Positions 50,203-62,989 of a stretch of 64,000 nucleotides of DNA are shown here, piece after piece (position 1 is the stretch's first letter; the number at the start of each line of letters is the position of its first letter). Source of the DNA: Octopus bimaculoides. Its lineage: Eukaryota. The position numbers and the translations under genes are program-made. Under the pieces are notes generated by a model, which worked only from the letters and a program-made list of their open reading frames with translations, searched no databases and was not told where the DNA came from. The stretch covers positions 25,219,060 to 25,283,059 of the forward strand of contig NC_068990.1 of NCBI RefSeq assembly GCF_001194135.2, read 5' to 3'.

Positions 50203-50683
50203 TCATCATCATCATCATTTAACATCCATTGTCCATGCTAGCATGGGTTGGACGGTTTGAACAGGACTGGTTAGCTGAAGGCTGCACTAGACTCAAGTCT
50301 AATTTGGCATGGCTTTTACAGCTGGATGTCCTTCCTAACATCAACCACTGTGAGTGTCATGGGTGCTTTTACGTGCAACCAACACAGGTGCCAGTTACGT
50401 GACTGAGTCCATTTGGCATTATACCATGCTTGAGAAGAAGACCCATCAAGCCAAGTAAAACCGCAGTCGTAGCAGATACCAGTGTCACGCAAATAGCATC
50501 CGTGCCAGTAACATGTAAAAGCACTTTTTACGCTCTCAGAATGGTTGGTGTTAGGAAGAAACCGTAGGAACCGTGCCAAATCAGACTGAAGCCTGATGCA
50601 GCCTTCCAGCTTACCAGCCCCAGTCAAACCGTCCAACCCATGCCAGCATGGACAACAGACATTGAAGAATGATGATGATGATG
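50203..50683. mobile_element. Fold-back element: two RTE-type tails in inverted orientation with (CAT)n/(GAT)n termini
   Basis: Left TTGTCCATGCTAGCATGGGTTGGACGGTTT matches the reverse complement of right AAACCGTCCAACCCATGCCAGCATGGACAA (1 mismatch); similarity continues inward. Confidence 0.8.
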
Positions 50684-51476
50684 TGACTAGGCTATATCCT
50701 ACTCTACCAGATATTTTAAGCACACTCACACACGCACATATATATACACACACACACACACACAAGAGGGGGGTGCATACACACACTGATTCACCAGCAT
50801 GGTAGATTTTCCCAAAATTGGCCTCAGCAAGATTTGATCTCAAAATCTAAAGCAGTAGAACAAATACTGCAGAGTATTTTTGACACATCAATGATTCAGC
50901 AATTCACCATACACATAATGAAAAGATCTGTATATTTACTAATACACTATTGTAGTAGATTTTTCTGAAATCTCATTCATCAGTGACACTGTGCAGGAGA
51001 TTAGAAACTTAAAAACATTTTTCAACAATAATTTCTATAAATCTAAAGAAACAACAGAATCATTCAAATAAATTTAATTAGGAATAATTAGATCATGAAA
51101 TGTACAAAGAAATAAAAAGTCAATGGCACAATATCGTTATAGAATCATATATTCAAATGACCTCTTTCATCTTAAATTAAATAAAGTAAAAATACAATTG
51201 GAAGTCTATAAACAAAGTAATATTGCCATAGCAACAACAATGTCAGTTCCAATAAATTCAAGAGTATTATGTGAATTTTTATGCATGTGAAAAGTATAAA
51301 TAATACACACACACACACACACAGGTGCAGGCTGTGTCTTCTGCTCTAGCCCTGGGTTGACCACAGCCCTGTGGATGGATTTGGTGGTTGGAAACTGAAT
51401 GTAGTGTATTATGTGTGTGTGTGTGTAGGAATTAGTTCTTGAAGCACATAAATGCTATAAATATTCTTTTCTTTTC

Positions 51477-51683
51477 TACTCTAGGCACAAGGCCTGAAGT
51501 TTTTGGGGAGGGGGCCAGTCGATAAGATCAACCCCAGTACATAACTGGTACCTAATTTATCAATCCTGAAAGGATGAAAGCAAAGTTGACCTTAGCGGAA
51601 TTTGAACAGAGAACACAAAGACATGAAATACCGCCAAGCATTTTTCCCAGCGTGCCAACATTTCTGCCAGCTCGCCACCTTAT
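51477..51683 (-). mobile_element. SINE family B, well preserved
   Basis: Minus strand GGTGGCGAGCTGGCAGAAATGTTGGCACGC head, GTTCAAATTCCGC B box; CpGs retained. Confidence 0.88.
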
Positions 51684-53277
51684 AAATGCTATAAATATTA
51701 ACATGTAAATGTTGGGTTGAAAAACCCCTATAGATAGAAAAGTCAAAGGCTGCCTCTGGACTTGAACCTACATCTCCAGTAGACTTTATAGATATTCTAC
51801 CATTGTATTAAAGCAATCCTTTAAATTTCTCTCTACATTTTAGAAACTTTATTCTTACCAGCAAGAATTCTATGTTGTTGATGTCAAACATTTATGTGTT
51901 TTGAGAACATATTCCAAAAAATTATTATTTCACGTTCTCTTGAAAGTTTATAAAATCTTTAAGGCATCATCACACACAGACACACACACACACACATTAG
52001 TCATTGAAGGAGGGGGAGTGTCCATCACCTTTGCGTTAATCTTTGACTGGTGAGATTAATGAAAGCTGATGCTGTCAGTACTACACATCATCAGATCAGT
52101 CTTGAAGACAGAATGTGTTCCTGACCCAAGCAGATTCTTCAATACTTGGAACATCAATGTAGTTTATATTCACCTAAAACATTAAAGTTGGGAAGGAAAT
52201 TCCAGAGGAAGGAAGGATTGGATGAAGTTTTGATAGCATTGAGACACAGCAAGGGAGAGGATGACAGAGAATCAGAGAGGTGGATGTTCTGAGTGAACTG
52301 GTATGGCTGGCAAAAGTGTATGAAAGTAACTCTTTTAAAAGGGGACGAATAGTAGTAGTGGTGGTAGTGGTGGTACTGCAGATGGTGGCAGCAGGAGCTT
52401 TCTTTTGAATTTGGAACGGAATGGTCTTGTGAGTAGCATCAGCAGCATCAGTAGTATCTTCCTAAATGTGTGTGGGGGGGGAGGGTAGTAGTGCATTGTG
52501 GGTCTTACTTGAGTGAACAAGAATAACCGTGGGTGAGGAAAGAGGAATACAGCACAAGGGCTTGCAACAGAATGAACTCTGCTATTGACACCCAAGAACT
52601 AAATGGTTGTAGTGATGATGGTGGTAGTGATGTTAACTGGGTCAGAATGTTAGGCATTTACAAACACACTACTCCCACCACACACACACACACACAAATG
52701 TATATACATGCATGCACACACTTTCACAGTGATAATATTTATTTTGATCTGTTCAAGTCATGGGACACATCTGTTTAATGAGATGAATCAATGCTAATAA
52801 GACACAGCAGTCATTTCATAGTCATTATTACTATTATTATTATTATTATCACCATCAAAACATGGCCTTATTTATGATACACGGTATTCATCGTTAGGTT
52901 TTTATGACATGCACAATTCATGATCAAATAAACCAAATAATTGCCAACTGTTTACAAAAAGACAATCCCACTCACACATGTTGCATGATATGCACACACA
53001 CACACACACACACACACACAGCATGATATGTGCAACACAAAACATACATTATACACAAACACATAATCATTATTTTAACATCTACTTTTTCTATGCTTGC
53101 ATGGGTCAGACAGAATTCTTAGAGGCAGATTTTTTCTATAGCCACAAAGCCTTTGTCATCAACCTTCCAAGCAAATTAATAATTCCCTATAATTGAACCT
53201 GTTTCCATTGAATGCTAAAGAGTTGAGGTATACACGAGTATATCACACATGCCATATATATATTCATAAGTCCAGAC

Positions 53278-53517
53278 CAGTGGTTCTCAAACAGGGTCCA
53301 CATGGCGCCTGGAGAGGCGGGGGGGGGGGTTATATAAGATTTTGTTGTTAAAATTTATGTGCAATTGCTTATACTTCTGCAATACACAAAATATTAAAAT
53401 CTTTTTTTATACAATTCCTAATAACATTTAATTAGAAAAATACAATACGATGTTATGGCTATGGAGTAAAATAGGAATCAAAGGAATCCATGGGCAAAAG
53501 ATGGTTGAGAAACACTG
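53278..53517. mobile_element. hAT/Charlie-like MITE
   Basis: TIRs CAGTGGTTCTCAAA / GTTGAGAAACACTG; flanks GTCCAGAC / GTCTAAGAC. Confidence 0.75.
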
Positions 53518-53756
53518 GTCTAAGACTTACAGAGATAATGTTGGGCTTGATCAGTTTTTGAGGAGTTGGAACATCTTTCATAAAGCTGGTCTTCATGCAA
53601 GACCTAGAGAAATATCAGCCTGGCAGAGTAATACCTCTTTCGTTGCTTGACTTAAAACACTGAGAAAATGAATCAAGTAAAAGCTGCACCTGCCCAAGAA
53701 GGATATTTTACAGCTCAGCAGACTGAGTAATTGATAGTTGTCAAATTATTTTTTTT

Positions 53757-54180
53757 AGCTGTGAGGTTAAGAAGTTTGCTTCCTACCCATGTGGTTTCAG
53801 GTTCAGTCCCATTGCATGACACCTTGCATAAATATCCTGTACTATAGCTACAGGGCTGACCAAAGCCTTGTGGGTAGATTTGGTAGAGGGAAACTTTAAA
53901 AAAAAAACCCGTTTGTGTGTGTGTATAAATAAATGCATGTATGTGTCTGACTTGACATCATACAAAAGTTTCCAATGAACCTCACTGTTACACAAGCCCT
54001 GTTCATGGTTTCCAATCTTCAACAAAAATGAGTCAACCTGCGAAATTTTACCTTGCTTAGAAACAGGTGAGGGTTGGCCACAAAAAGGACTGCAAATGAT
54101 ACAAAAAAAAATCAGTCTCTCTAACGAATTTTAACTGACCCATGCAAGCTTGAAAAAGTGGACATTAAAATGACAACAAT
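53757..54180 (+). mobile_element. SINE family A head plus RTE-type tail
   Basis: GGTTCAGTCCC head; tail ends CCCATGCAAGCTTGAAAAAGTGGACATTAAAATGAC. Confidence 0.78.
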
Positions 54181-54561
54181 GAAGGCCATAATGAAAATGA
54201 TGAGACGAATAACATTTCAGTTTGAACCATCCATCGGAGACAAATGTACTAAGTATTAACAATGTTAGCTATCACTATTCTCTCTGGGTTTTACTGTTTC
54301 CCAATGAGAATTAAGTGCATCTACATTAATACAAGGCAGAACTTCCAGTTGATGCGAACCAGTAATCATCTGATTCTTTAGACTGATAACTCAACATTAC
54401 ATACACTCAATCAGCTTGAAAATAATCTTATCTCATTATAAATATGACTGAAAAAATGAAAGGTCATTAGCATCGTGGTAAAATACTTATTTGGTGTCTA
54501 AATCAAGCATGGCAGTTGAGTTTCCACCTCTCTTTACTATTTTCTTTTTACTTTTATACAT

Positions 54562-54567
<6 letters not shown>

Positions 54568-54634
<67 letters not shown>
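54568..54634. repeat. (TA)n microsatellite
   Basis: Directly visible. Confidence 0.97.
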
Positions 54635-54638
<4 letters not shown>

Positions 54639-55496
54639 CACACACACACACAGACATATGTTCTATATTGGATCAGTTTAAAATTATTTTCCTTCACAGC
54701 TATGGAAAACATATGCTAAACCTGGTAAAAGATTGGTTCAATCTGGCAATAAAAACCCAGTAAACTACAAATACAGGAAGATCATCCATGAATTATCTAA
54801 ACACTGCTACCATCTTGTAAACAAAGAAAACTGGTTCCTTCCCATCATAATTACAAAATATATATAAAAGCAATAAAACAGTGTGAAGATATGTATATGT
54901 ATGTATGTAAATTTATACACACACACACATAAATATTGCATATTATATGCCTACACACACACAGACATATACACAAATATATACATTTATATTATAAGCT
55001 TACACACATATATACAATGTGTGTGTATTACACACACGTACATATATATGTATTTTACACTTACACAAACATATGCATCTATAATGTTCGTGGTGGGGGT
55101 GAGTGTAGTCAAAATATATTTCCAGTGTAATGAAAGTAGAAAAAACATTACTTTGATGGTTTTGCTGTTGTAAAGTCCGCGCTTCCTGTAATTGGTCTCT
55201 TACAGAGATGCCACTGAGAACATGTTAGAAAGAAATCAGGCGCCACTTTACCATGGATTCCAAACAGGATATATAGAAGATGATCAAGTAACAAATTATT
55301 TTTTATTTAAAAAAAAAAACAAAAAAAACACTAAACAAAGCTGGTTCTTTTAATTTCAAAGATGACAACAGGCTGCCAATTAGATGCTGCATTATTACTG
55401 CTGATGTAGTCTAAACCATGGGCCCAGGGATGATCTAACAAACCTATGATCAAAGATGTACCAGATAAGAGCAATCGTCTTGTTTTATGTTGGACT

Positions 55497-55916
55497 AAGG
55501 GCCAGGTTAAGACCCATAGAGGCCCTAAATACTTATAAGATTTTGCTGCCCCCATAAATGTCTAATTCAAAATATAAACAATAATAAACCATAAAATACA
55601 TTTTTATTTTTCAAAATGAAACAAAACTAGCATTATGATGGAAAATAATGTTTATTTTTGTACACTTTCACTTTATTTATATTTGAAAGGTTTTCTACTT
55701 TCTTGAATTGCAAAGCCTTTGATTAGATCCTTGCTATGATGATGCCATGAACATTTTGAAATTATATTTTCGATCATATAAACTACTTCCAATATTTTCT
55801 TAGCAAGGTTAAAGTGATTTCTTTTGTGCCATAAACCATTTACCATTTCTGGAGTGCCCCCTTTCCCTTGATGCCCTAAGCATATACTTGTTTTGCTTAA
55901 TGGTTAATCCAAGGCT
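55497..55916. mobile_element. hAT-like MITE, second copy of the 17532-17956 family
   Basis: Collinear GACCCATAGAGGCCCTAA ... TTTTGCTTAATGGTTAATCC. Confidence 0.75.
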
Positions 55917-55944
55917 ACTTCTTGACTTCAATGAAATATTTTAA

Positions 55945-56175
55945 ACCCTTTTGTTAGCATACTTTTGTTAAAATACATTGCCTTTGTTTCAATTAATTTT
56001 GAAAAAAAAAAAACATCAAGAATTTAGTAAAATAACTGTCCTTATTAACCTTTTTATAGCCATATTTCTGAGGATATACACTGCCTTTTTTTTTTCAATA
56101 ATGAAGAATTTAAACAAATAACTTGTTATTAAAGCTTGTGCTTGAAACGAATTTTAACAAAATTTAATGAAATAT
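55945..56175 (+). mobile_element. Two partial piggyBac-like MITE family 1 copies
   Basis: TAAACCCTTTTGTTAGCATA and TTAACCTTTTTATAGCCATATTTCTG starts. Confidence 0.6.
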
Positions 56176-56179
56176 TTTA

Positions 56180-56850
56180 ATTTGAATAAAAGTGTAAGCA
56201 CCCTAAGAGAAAAGTTGGACATAAGAAGCATCAGATGTGGTGTGCAAGAGAGACGAGTGCATTGGTATGCTCATGTGTTGCATATGGATGAGGACAGCTG
56301 TGTGAAAAAGTGTCACACCCTAGCAGTAGAGGGAACCTGTGGAAGAGGTAGACCCATGAAGACCTGGGATGAGGTGTTGAAGCACAGCCTTCGAACGTTG
56401 GGCCTCACCGAGGTGATGACAAGTGATTGAGACCTTTGGAGATATGCTGTGCTTAAGACCTGGCAAGCCAAGTGAGACCATAACCATGGCCTATGCCAGC
56501 GCAGCATAACTGGCCCATTTAAGAGCACCCTTCAATCATTGGACAATAATCTGTGCTTGCGAAGACCTGTTGAGTCAAGTGAAGTCATTGTTGTGGCTAA
56601 TGACAGTACCGCCTGATTGGCACCTGTGCCGGTGGTACGTAAAAAGCACCATTCGAGCGTGGTCGATGCCAGTGCCGCCCGACTGGCTCCCGTGCCAGTG
56701 GCACGTAAAAAGCACCCACAATATTCTTTCGGAGTGGCTGGCATTAGGAAAGGCATCCAACTGTAGAAACATTGCCAGATCGGATTGGAGCCTGATGCAG
56801 CCTCCTGGCTCACCAGCCTTCAGTCAAACCGTCCAACCTATGCCAGGTTG
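56180..56850 (+). mobile_element. 5'-truncated RTE-clade LINE (ORF2 C-terminus plus 3' UTR)
   Basis: LREKLDIRSIRCGVQERRVHWYAHVLHM...GRGRPMKTWDEV...D*DLWRYAV matches the RTE RLRWxGH / GRGRPxKTW / DRxxWR motifs; premature TGA at the expected Arg codon. Confidence 0.9.
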
Positions 56851-57009
56851 ATGGTATGCCATTTAGAAAGTCCCATGGGCCACAGTTTGCCCACAACTGA
56901 TCAAAGGTATTCTACTTACGAGCAACCCGTCTTTCTATATATCCATGACAATATTAACCAACGTGTACTTCCTTTTTCCCCACTCACCTTTTAAAATATT
57001 AGGTGTGAT

Positions 57010-57590
57010 TTGAAGAGGTTTGGCTGCAATTTCTAGCAGATCAAGAGATCATATAGAGGTCACCTCATTGATTTGATGAGACTTTGTAGAGACTTACTCA
57101 AATGGTGACACAGCTTGCAGGGGTGAGCTATGACAGCATAGCATATATTTGCACAGCTTGCAAAGGTGAGCTACGTGCAACAAAACATATTTCTGTCTAC
57201 TAAACTTACCACTGATAAATTCTTAGATAACAATCACATTATTATAAATGAAATATACATAATTTACAAATACAAACTCAGAGCAAATTCATTTATTACA
57301 GACTCTTTTTTATAATTATCATACAAGTTTATAACACAATCTATTTAACCTAATTATCCATACTCAAAAATAACTGTAATTATATATAACAATGAAACCC
57401 TCTTATTTTCCTGATATTTATACAGAATTATATAGATATAATTGAGGAAATTTGGTTGCAATTTCTAGCTGGTTTAGCAACCATATTGAGAATTCCCCAA
57501 TGATCTGATGATGGGTTTCTATATAGAGACTCGTTCAGTAGTGACACAGCTTTTGGCTGTGAGCTACATATATCTTAGCATAGATTTACA
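57010..57590 (+). repeat. Two diverged copies of one short element (about 57010-57180 and 57445-57590)
   Basis: TTTGGCTGCAATTTCTAGC / TTTGGTTGCAATTTCTAGC and GTGACACAGCTT..GTGAGCTA shared. Confidence 0.65.
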
Positions 57591-57964
57591 ATTAGAAGTA
57601 GTAATCCAGGTAATGTAAAAAAAAAAAAATTATATATATATATACATATAAAAATTTTAAAATAAACATCTTAACAATGGACATAATCCCAACAGAATAC
57701 TAAAAACACTAACAGTAAGATAGAAACCAAATCTATCGATCAAGACCAACCATTCTCCTATTGACTGACAACACCCATGTCACTGAACCAGCTGTGACAT
57801 TATGTTGTGCTAAAGAAAAATTCAAGTTCACTTAAAAACACAACAGCAATATCTAAGAGTTAACTCTGAGCTAGGTTTTATTGATATTCTCATTTTTAGT
57901 TTCAAGTCAGGAAATTCAAATATTTAAGACACAATAGAAGCAAGATCAATAAATTTGATAGCTA

Positions 57965-58370
57965 TCATCAATGTAATGACCATTTTTACCATGCATGCAT
58001 AGGTCAGATGAAAGTATGTTGGGGCAGAGGTCTCTGAGGTTGGATGCTTTTCTTGATGCCAAACTATTTGTTTCCAAATGAAGTAATAACGTCCCAGTCT
58101 ATCAAACAACAAACAGCCATGGACATGTTTTACGTGGGAACCCATAACAAATGGCACTGAAATGAATGTTTTAGTTTGCAAACGAACACATTTAGACTTG
58201 AGAAATATAAGTTCACTCACACAAATATACACACACATGTGTAGACATGCATATATGATGGGCTGCTTTCAGTTTCTGTCAACTAAGATCCACATACAAG
58301 GTTTTGGTTGACCCAGAGCTGTTGTCGAAGACACTTCCAAAAATGCCACACAGTGGGAATGAAACCGTGA
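57965..58370 (-). mobile_element. SINE family A head plus RTE-type tail
   Basis: CCATGCATGCATAGGTCAGATG tail; GATGGGCTGCTTTCAGTTTC...GCCACACAGTGGGAATGAAACC head. Confidence 0.7.
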
Positions 58371-58561
58371 TCTTAAGTACACAGTAATATTTATAAAATC
58401 TATTATCTTCATCCAAAGAAAAGTAGACAAATCATTCACTAACAGAATGGGGTGGTTTCCATGGCCAACAAAAGAGAAGAGTGAAATGAGGCCTTTAACT
58501 TTGCAGGATTTCCCTAAACTAATAAAAGTAATGTTGTCAAACAATATCTTCAGGTCAATGA

Positions 58562-58773
58562 TTAAACCTTTTGATGCCAACCCACCTGAGGCTTCCTCTG
58601 GCTTTATGATACAAACTTTCAGATTGAAAACCTTCCATCAAAATTCCATCTAAATTTATATTCCAGATATCACCTTAAGAATGACGAAGTCATTTTACTA
58701 AATTTTTCAGCATTTCAAAATTAATTGAAAACAAAAGCAGTGTATTCCACCCGAAATATGATAAAAGGGTTAA
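58562..58773 (-). mobile_element. piggyBac-like MITE family 1
   Basis: TTAA|ACCTTTTGATGCCAACC...AAAAGGG|TTAA. Confidence 0.72.
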
Positions 58774-59816
58774 AGGAACCTAATGATGCTGCTAAAATAG
58801 ATGTAATGTTAGGCCTCCAGTAGATAATGGGTGTTTAAAATTTTTTTTTTTTTTTAGTACTTTTGGAAAGCATCATTATTTCTGTTTACACCTATAAAAT
58901 GTTTTCAAGACTTCATGCAACTGAGAGCCCCACCCCTCTCTCTTACCAAATTACAGTACAATGCAAACCAAATGAAACCCTCAAAAAATGCAGGGTCCTC
59001 TTGTTGTTAACAGTATCAAGTTGTTTCTCTCTCTCTCCTTATAGCACCTATTCACTTAGAGTAGGTAGTAGATTTGATTGAGTATTAAGTTACCATTGAC
59101 AGAATAAGTGTGTCACAGAAGAGATTAGATTAACACGCTCATGACTAAGCATGCCTAAACAATAACTTTTTACGATATTTAATCTCTAAACTCTCTAATG
59201 ACTCAACTAATTGTGGTCAATTTTATTGAATGTTTAAATCTGACACTCATACCTGGGCTAACTTTTATATTTAATCTGAGAAACTAATGACAGAACTGTT
59301 TGTAACAACAATTTACTTGCAGGGATGAAAATTGTGTATAATGAAATGATAAAAACTTTTGGCCAGTGTCTAGCTCTACCTCTTAATCAGCGCTAACATA
59401 ACAAAGAAATATTTCCACAATCTAAATGAATCAGAGATAATAAAAATTCAGTGATTAACCACGTAAGTGAAACAATCTGTAAGTTATCGACTACAACAGT
59501 TTTGCACCACAAAACCTTGTACAGTAATGAGTCATATAACCTTCACCACAGAAAATAGTAAGGATCCTTTATATAAAAATATAAGCATGTGCAAATACAC
59601 ACATAAACATATGAAGTGTATAATGGAACACAACCTAATTTTTTTTCTGACTCATCTCCCTCTCAAAACAGCCTGGAAAGTTCATTATATTGTGATAGAC
59701 AACATAACCAGATCCTAGCCTTAAGCACAGGAGTTATTTAGAATCATAGCTGAGGGCATCAACGTTAGTCAACACTAATGTCAACCTACACAGAGATTCC
59801 AGTTACATACTGCCAC

Positions 59817-59868
<52 letters not shown>

Positions 59869-60364
59869 TACTTAAGGTCAATGTATTCCAAAGAAGGAAT
59901 AGACTTAAGTGAGTTGACCTTTGTATAATAATCCTAGCAGTTATTTTATCAACATTGCAACACTGGAAGACAAAAAAGCAAGAGCAGCAGGATTTGGAGT
60001 CAGAAATATGAAGCCTTAAAACTAAAATATTAAAAAATGGAGTCTTATTATCACTACTTATACAGTGTTCTATATTTCCATATTTTATTTTATCATTTTA
60101 TAATCGCCACAGAATTGCCCCTCTGTCAAATCTGTTTATGAAATTTTTAAAATTTAAAATTTTCAACAATTAAATGCTATTTTGCTGAAAGCCTATATCA
60201 CAAGTACTTAATTTCAATACAATGAACAAAACATTTTTTCACACTCATGGTAGTTAAAGACTAAACTGCCTGCAGTGGTCCTTAGCTGTCAAGTCATTAG
60301 CTGTGTTTCATTGTTCCTTGCATTAAATATTTTAACACAAGAGATGTACAACTAAATGACTAAC

Positions 60365-60910
60365 CCCTTTCAGTCACTTACCAGATCTTGAACATCTTGC
60401 TTCTTTGGGCATTGGCAGACACAAGTTTTGACATATCACAGCTGTCTTGGAAGAAACCTACAAGACTATCCACCATCTTTCCAGCAACTTGGGCAACCTT
60501 TTTAGAATTCAATATCTCTACCACCCATGAGACACACAATAAAATCAACAAACAGAACAGCACTCATGACTTTCAGAAACATTTGTTTTATTCTCGGAAC
60601 AGCCAAAGCATGAAAAACTACCCACATCAGTTCTTAATCTGTCCGGACACTGAATCTTTCAAAACTTCCATTCTCCTCAAAATTCCCCCAACACTACTCC
60701 CAACATGCCTAAGCACCCTTACCTCTTCATAGCCCTTTTACTGTTCATTTTTCTTTTTTGTGTTGTATTCTGTGTACTGTGCATCTACTTACAACATTCA
60801 TTGCCATTTTTCTTTACTTGACTTACTGCTGCTTTCTGTCCCCTCTTTTACCCTTTTCCAATGAGTTGAAGAGCACCTAATCACTGTAGAAAATAAATTA
60901 TTCATTATCA
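60365..60910 (+). mobile_element. CR1-clade LINE 3' end
   Basis: HLASLGI and KINKQNSTHDFQKHLF translations; CATGACTTTC.GAAACATT and 3' end shared with the 30.7 kb copy. Confidence 0.7.
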
Positions 60911-60934
60911 TTTAATATTCTTTCCTTGTGCTAT

Positions 60935-61300
60935 CAGGATCTGGCAAGGCTGGGAGCTGCACAAGGTTCCATAGTGTCTTAGTTTTGTTTCTACAGATGG
61001 ATACCCTTCCTAATGCCAACCATTTTACAGAGTGTACTGGGTACTTTTTTACGTGGTACTAGCACCAGTACTTTTTCTATGACACCAGCGCTAGCACTTT
61101 TTTATGTTGCACCAGCACTGGCAGGTCATCAAGTACATTGCAAGACAAAAAATCCTCAACTGGGAGGAGAGAGAAGTACTGAGAGAGTATGGCTTTGTAT
61201 CAGTTGAGAGATTAAAGGTATAGAGGACCAGAGATAAATGTCTTGATGTAGAGTAGATACATGGATACTCCAGATGAAAAAGAAAGGAGAGTGAGTTAGA
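60935..61300 (-). mobile_element. RTE-type tail element
   Basis: GGATACCCTTCCTAATGCCAACCATTTTACAGAGTGTACTGGG, as at 6.4 and 26.3 kb. Confidence 0.65.
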
Positions 61301-61324
61301 GAGTAAAATAATCATTATTGTTTC

Positions 61325-61612
61325 AACATTCACTTTTCTTAACTTGCATGAATCAGAAAAGAATACTTGGAGCAGGGTTTTCTATGGTTGGATGCCCTTC
61401 CCCACCTGTTTCCAGATGAGGTAATAATTTTCTAGTCAACTGAACAGCAGTTCAGACATGGTTACATGGAGAACTAGAAACAAATGACACCATATAAATG
61501 AGCCTTTTGTTTACAGAGATTAAGCAGCAAGTCTGAGAGCCTGGACATGCTTTCACACAGGACTGTCACTGAGGTCATAGTTTATGACCAGTAAACACAC
61601 GCAACGATGAGG

Positions 61613-61663
<51 letters not shown>

Positions 61664-61820
61664 CAAGCTTTATTTAGTTCCTACCAAGTCTACTTATAGG
61701 CTTTGGTCAGTCTGGGGCTATAGTAGAAGACACTTACCCAAGGTACCTGGCAGTAAGATTGAACCAGGAACAACATGGTTGGAAAGCAAATTCCTTAACC
61801 ATACAGCTATATCTGCACCA
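61325..61820 (-). mobile_element. SINE family A head plus RTE-type tail with (CA)n
   Basis: GGATGCCCTTCCC...CCTGTTTCCAG tail; GGCTATAGTAGAAGACACTTACCCAAGG head. Confidence 0.75.
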
Positions 61821-61823
61821 ATA

Positions 61824-61856
<33 letters not shown>

Positions 61857-62529
61857 ATTGTCAGATACAGTATATCTAAGAGTACATCATCTAGTGTATG
61901 CTTGACTTTTAGGGAGATTTAGCATCTATGACTTGCAGGTTGAGAGACCACCATGAAGAGGTTCCCTCCTTAGAATGTTCCAGTTGACTTAAACACTTGA
62001 CAATACATCAGAAGCTGAACTGTCCATAAATATCTATTTTCCCAGATTTTCAAATCAATCAAGCCCACCTACGTTGCTATTGTTTAATAAATAAAAAAAA
62101 AACCCAGATTAATTAAAACTTAATTTCATTAAATTGTATTAATCAATGATCATTAAGGAATTAGCAGCAGTAACAGTCTTGTAATAAATCAAATTGAAGG
62201 CTCATATAAAATGAAATGAATTTTATACTAAGTGAATAATTGTACCCTGTAGTCGGGTGACCTTATTTATAATAATTGTTTTTTCTGGGCGTTATAAAAA
62301 AGCTACCTGCTGGACTAAACAGTTTTTAGTTGAAGGCAAAACAAAATGTAATTCATGTGAAAAAGCTGAAAGATGCTATAAAATGAAAATCTTTTACTGT
62401 CAAAGGTCGTTTTCTCTTGTTTAATCTCTTAATAAATGATAAGAGAATAAATACAGTAAAATATTTTAGGAGATTAATACCAGCAATAACCAATAAAAGA
62501 AGTTAATGCCATTACTTTAAATAGCTTAC

Positions 62530-62942
62530 GTGTAGACATAGCTGTGTGGTTAAGAAGTTTGCTTCCCAACAATGTGGTTGCAGGTTCAATCCAACTGAGG
62601 AGCATCTTTGGTGGGGATCTACTATAGTCCAAGGATGATCAAAGCCTTTTGAGTGAATGTGATGGATGGAAAGTGAGCGAAGCCAGTCGTGTGTGTGTGT
62701 GTTACTTTCTCTTAACATCACATGAAAGTTGTAAACGAGTGCCACTGTCATACAACCAGTGGCCTTCATTTCCAATCTTCTGTGAAAAACATGTCAGGCC
62801 ATGGGGAAATATTACTTTGCTTGGAAAAAAGTGTTTGTTGGCAACAAGAAGGAATCTAACCAGACAAAACCTGCTTCAATGAATAGCATATAACCCATAC
62901 AGGATTGGAAATTGGACGTTAACACAATCATGATGATGATAA
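62530..62942 (+). mobile_element. SINE family A head plus RTE-type tail
   Basis: TAGCTGTGTGGTTAAGAAGTTTGCTTCCCAAC head; GGGGAAATATTACTTTGCTTGGAAA tail. Confidence 0.78.
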
Positions 62943-62989
62943 CATTATTTTACATACACACACAATATATATGTGTGTATATAACTAGC

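Noticed and set aside
56600-56725. Short direct repeats with spacers (GTGCC.GTGG.ACGTAAAAAGCACC), also at 39.7-39.85 kb, superficially CRISPR-like
   Set aside because: Internal modules of the RTE 3' UTR; only 2-3 units, eukaryotic context, no cas genes
60370-60563. Minus-strand ORF with CTG|GTAAGT donor
   Set aside because: Antisense reading of the CR1 fragment
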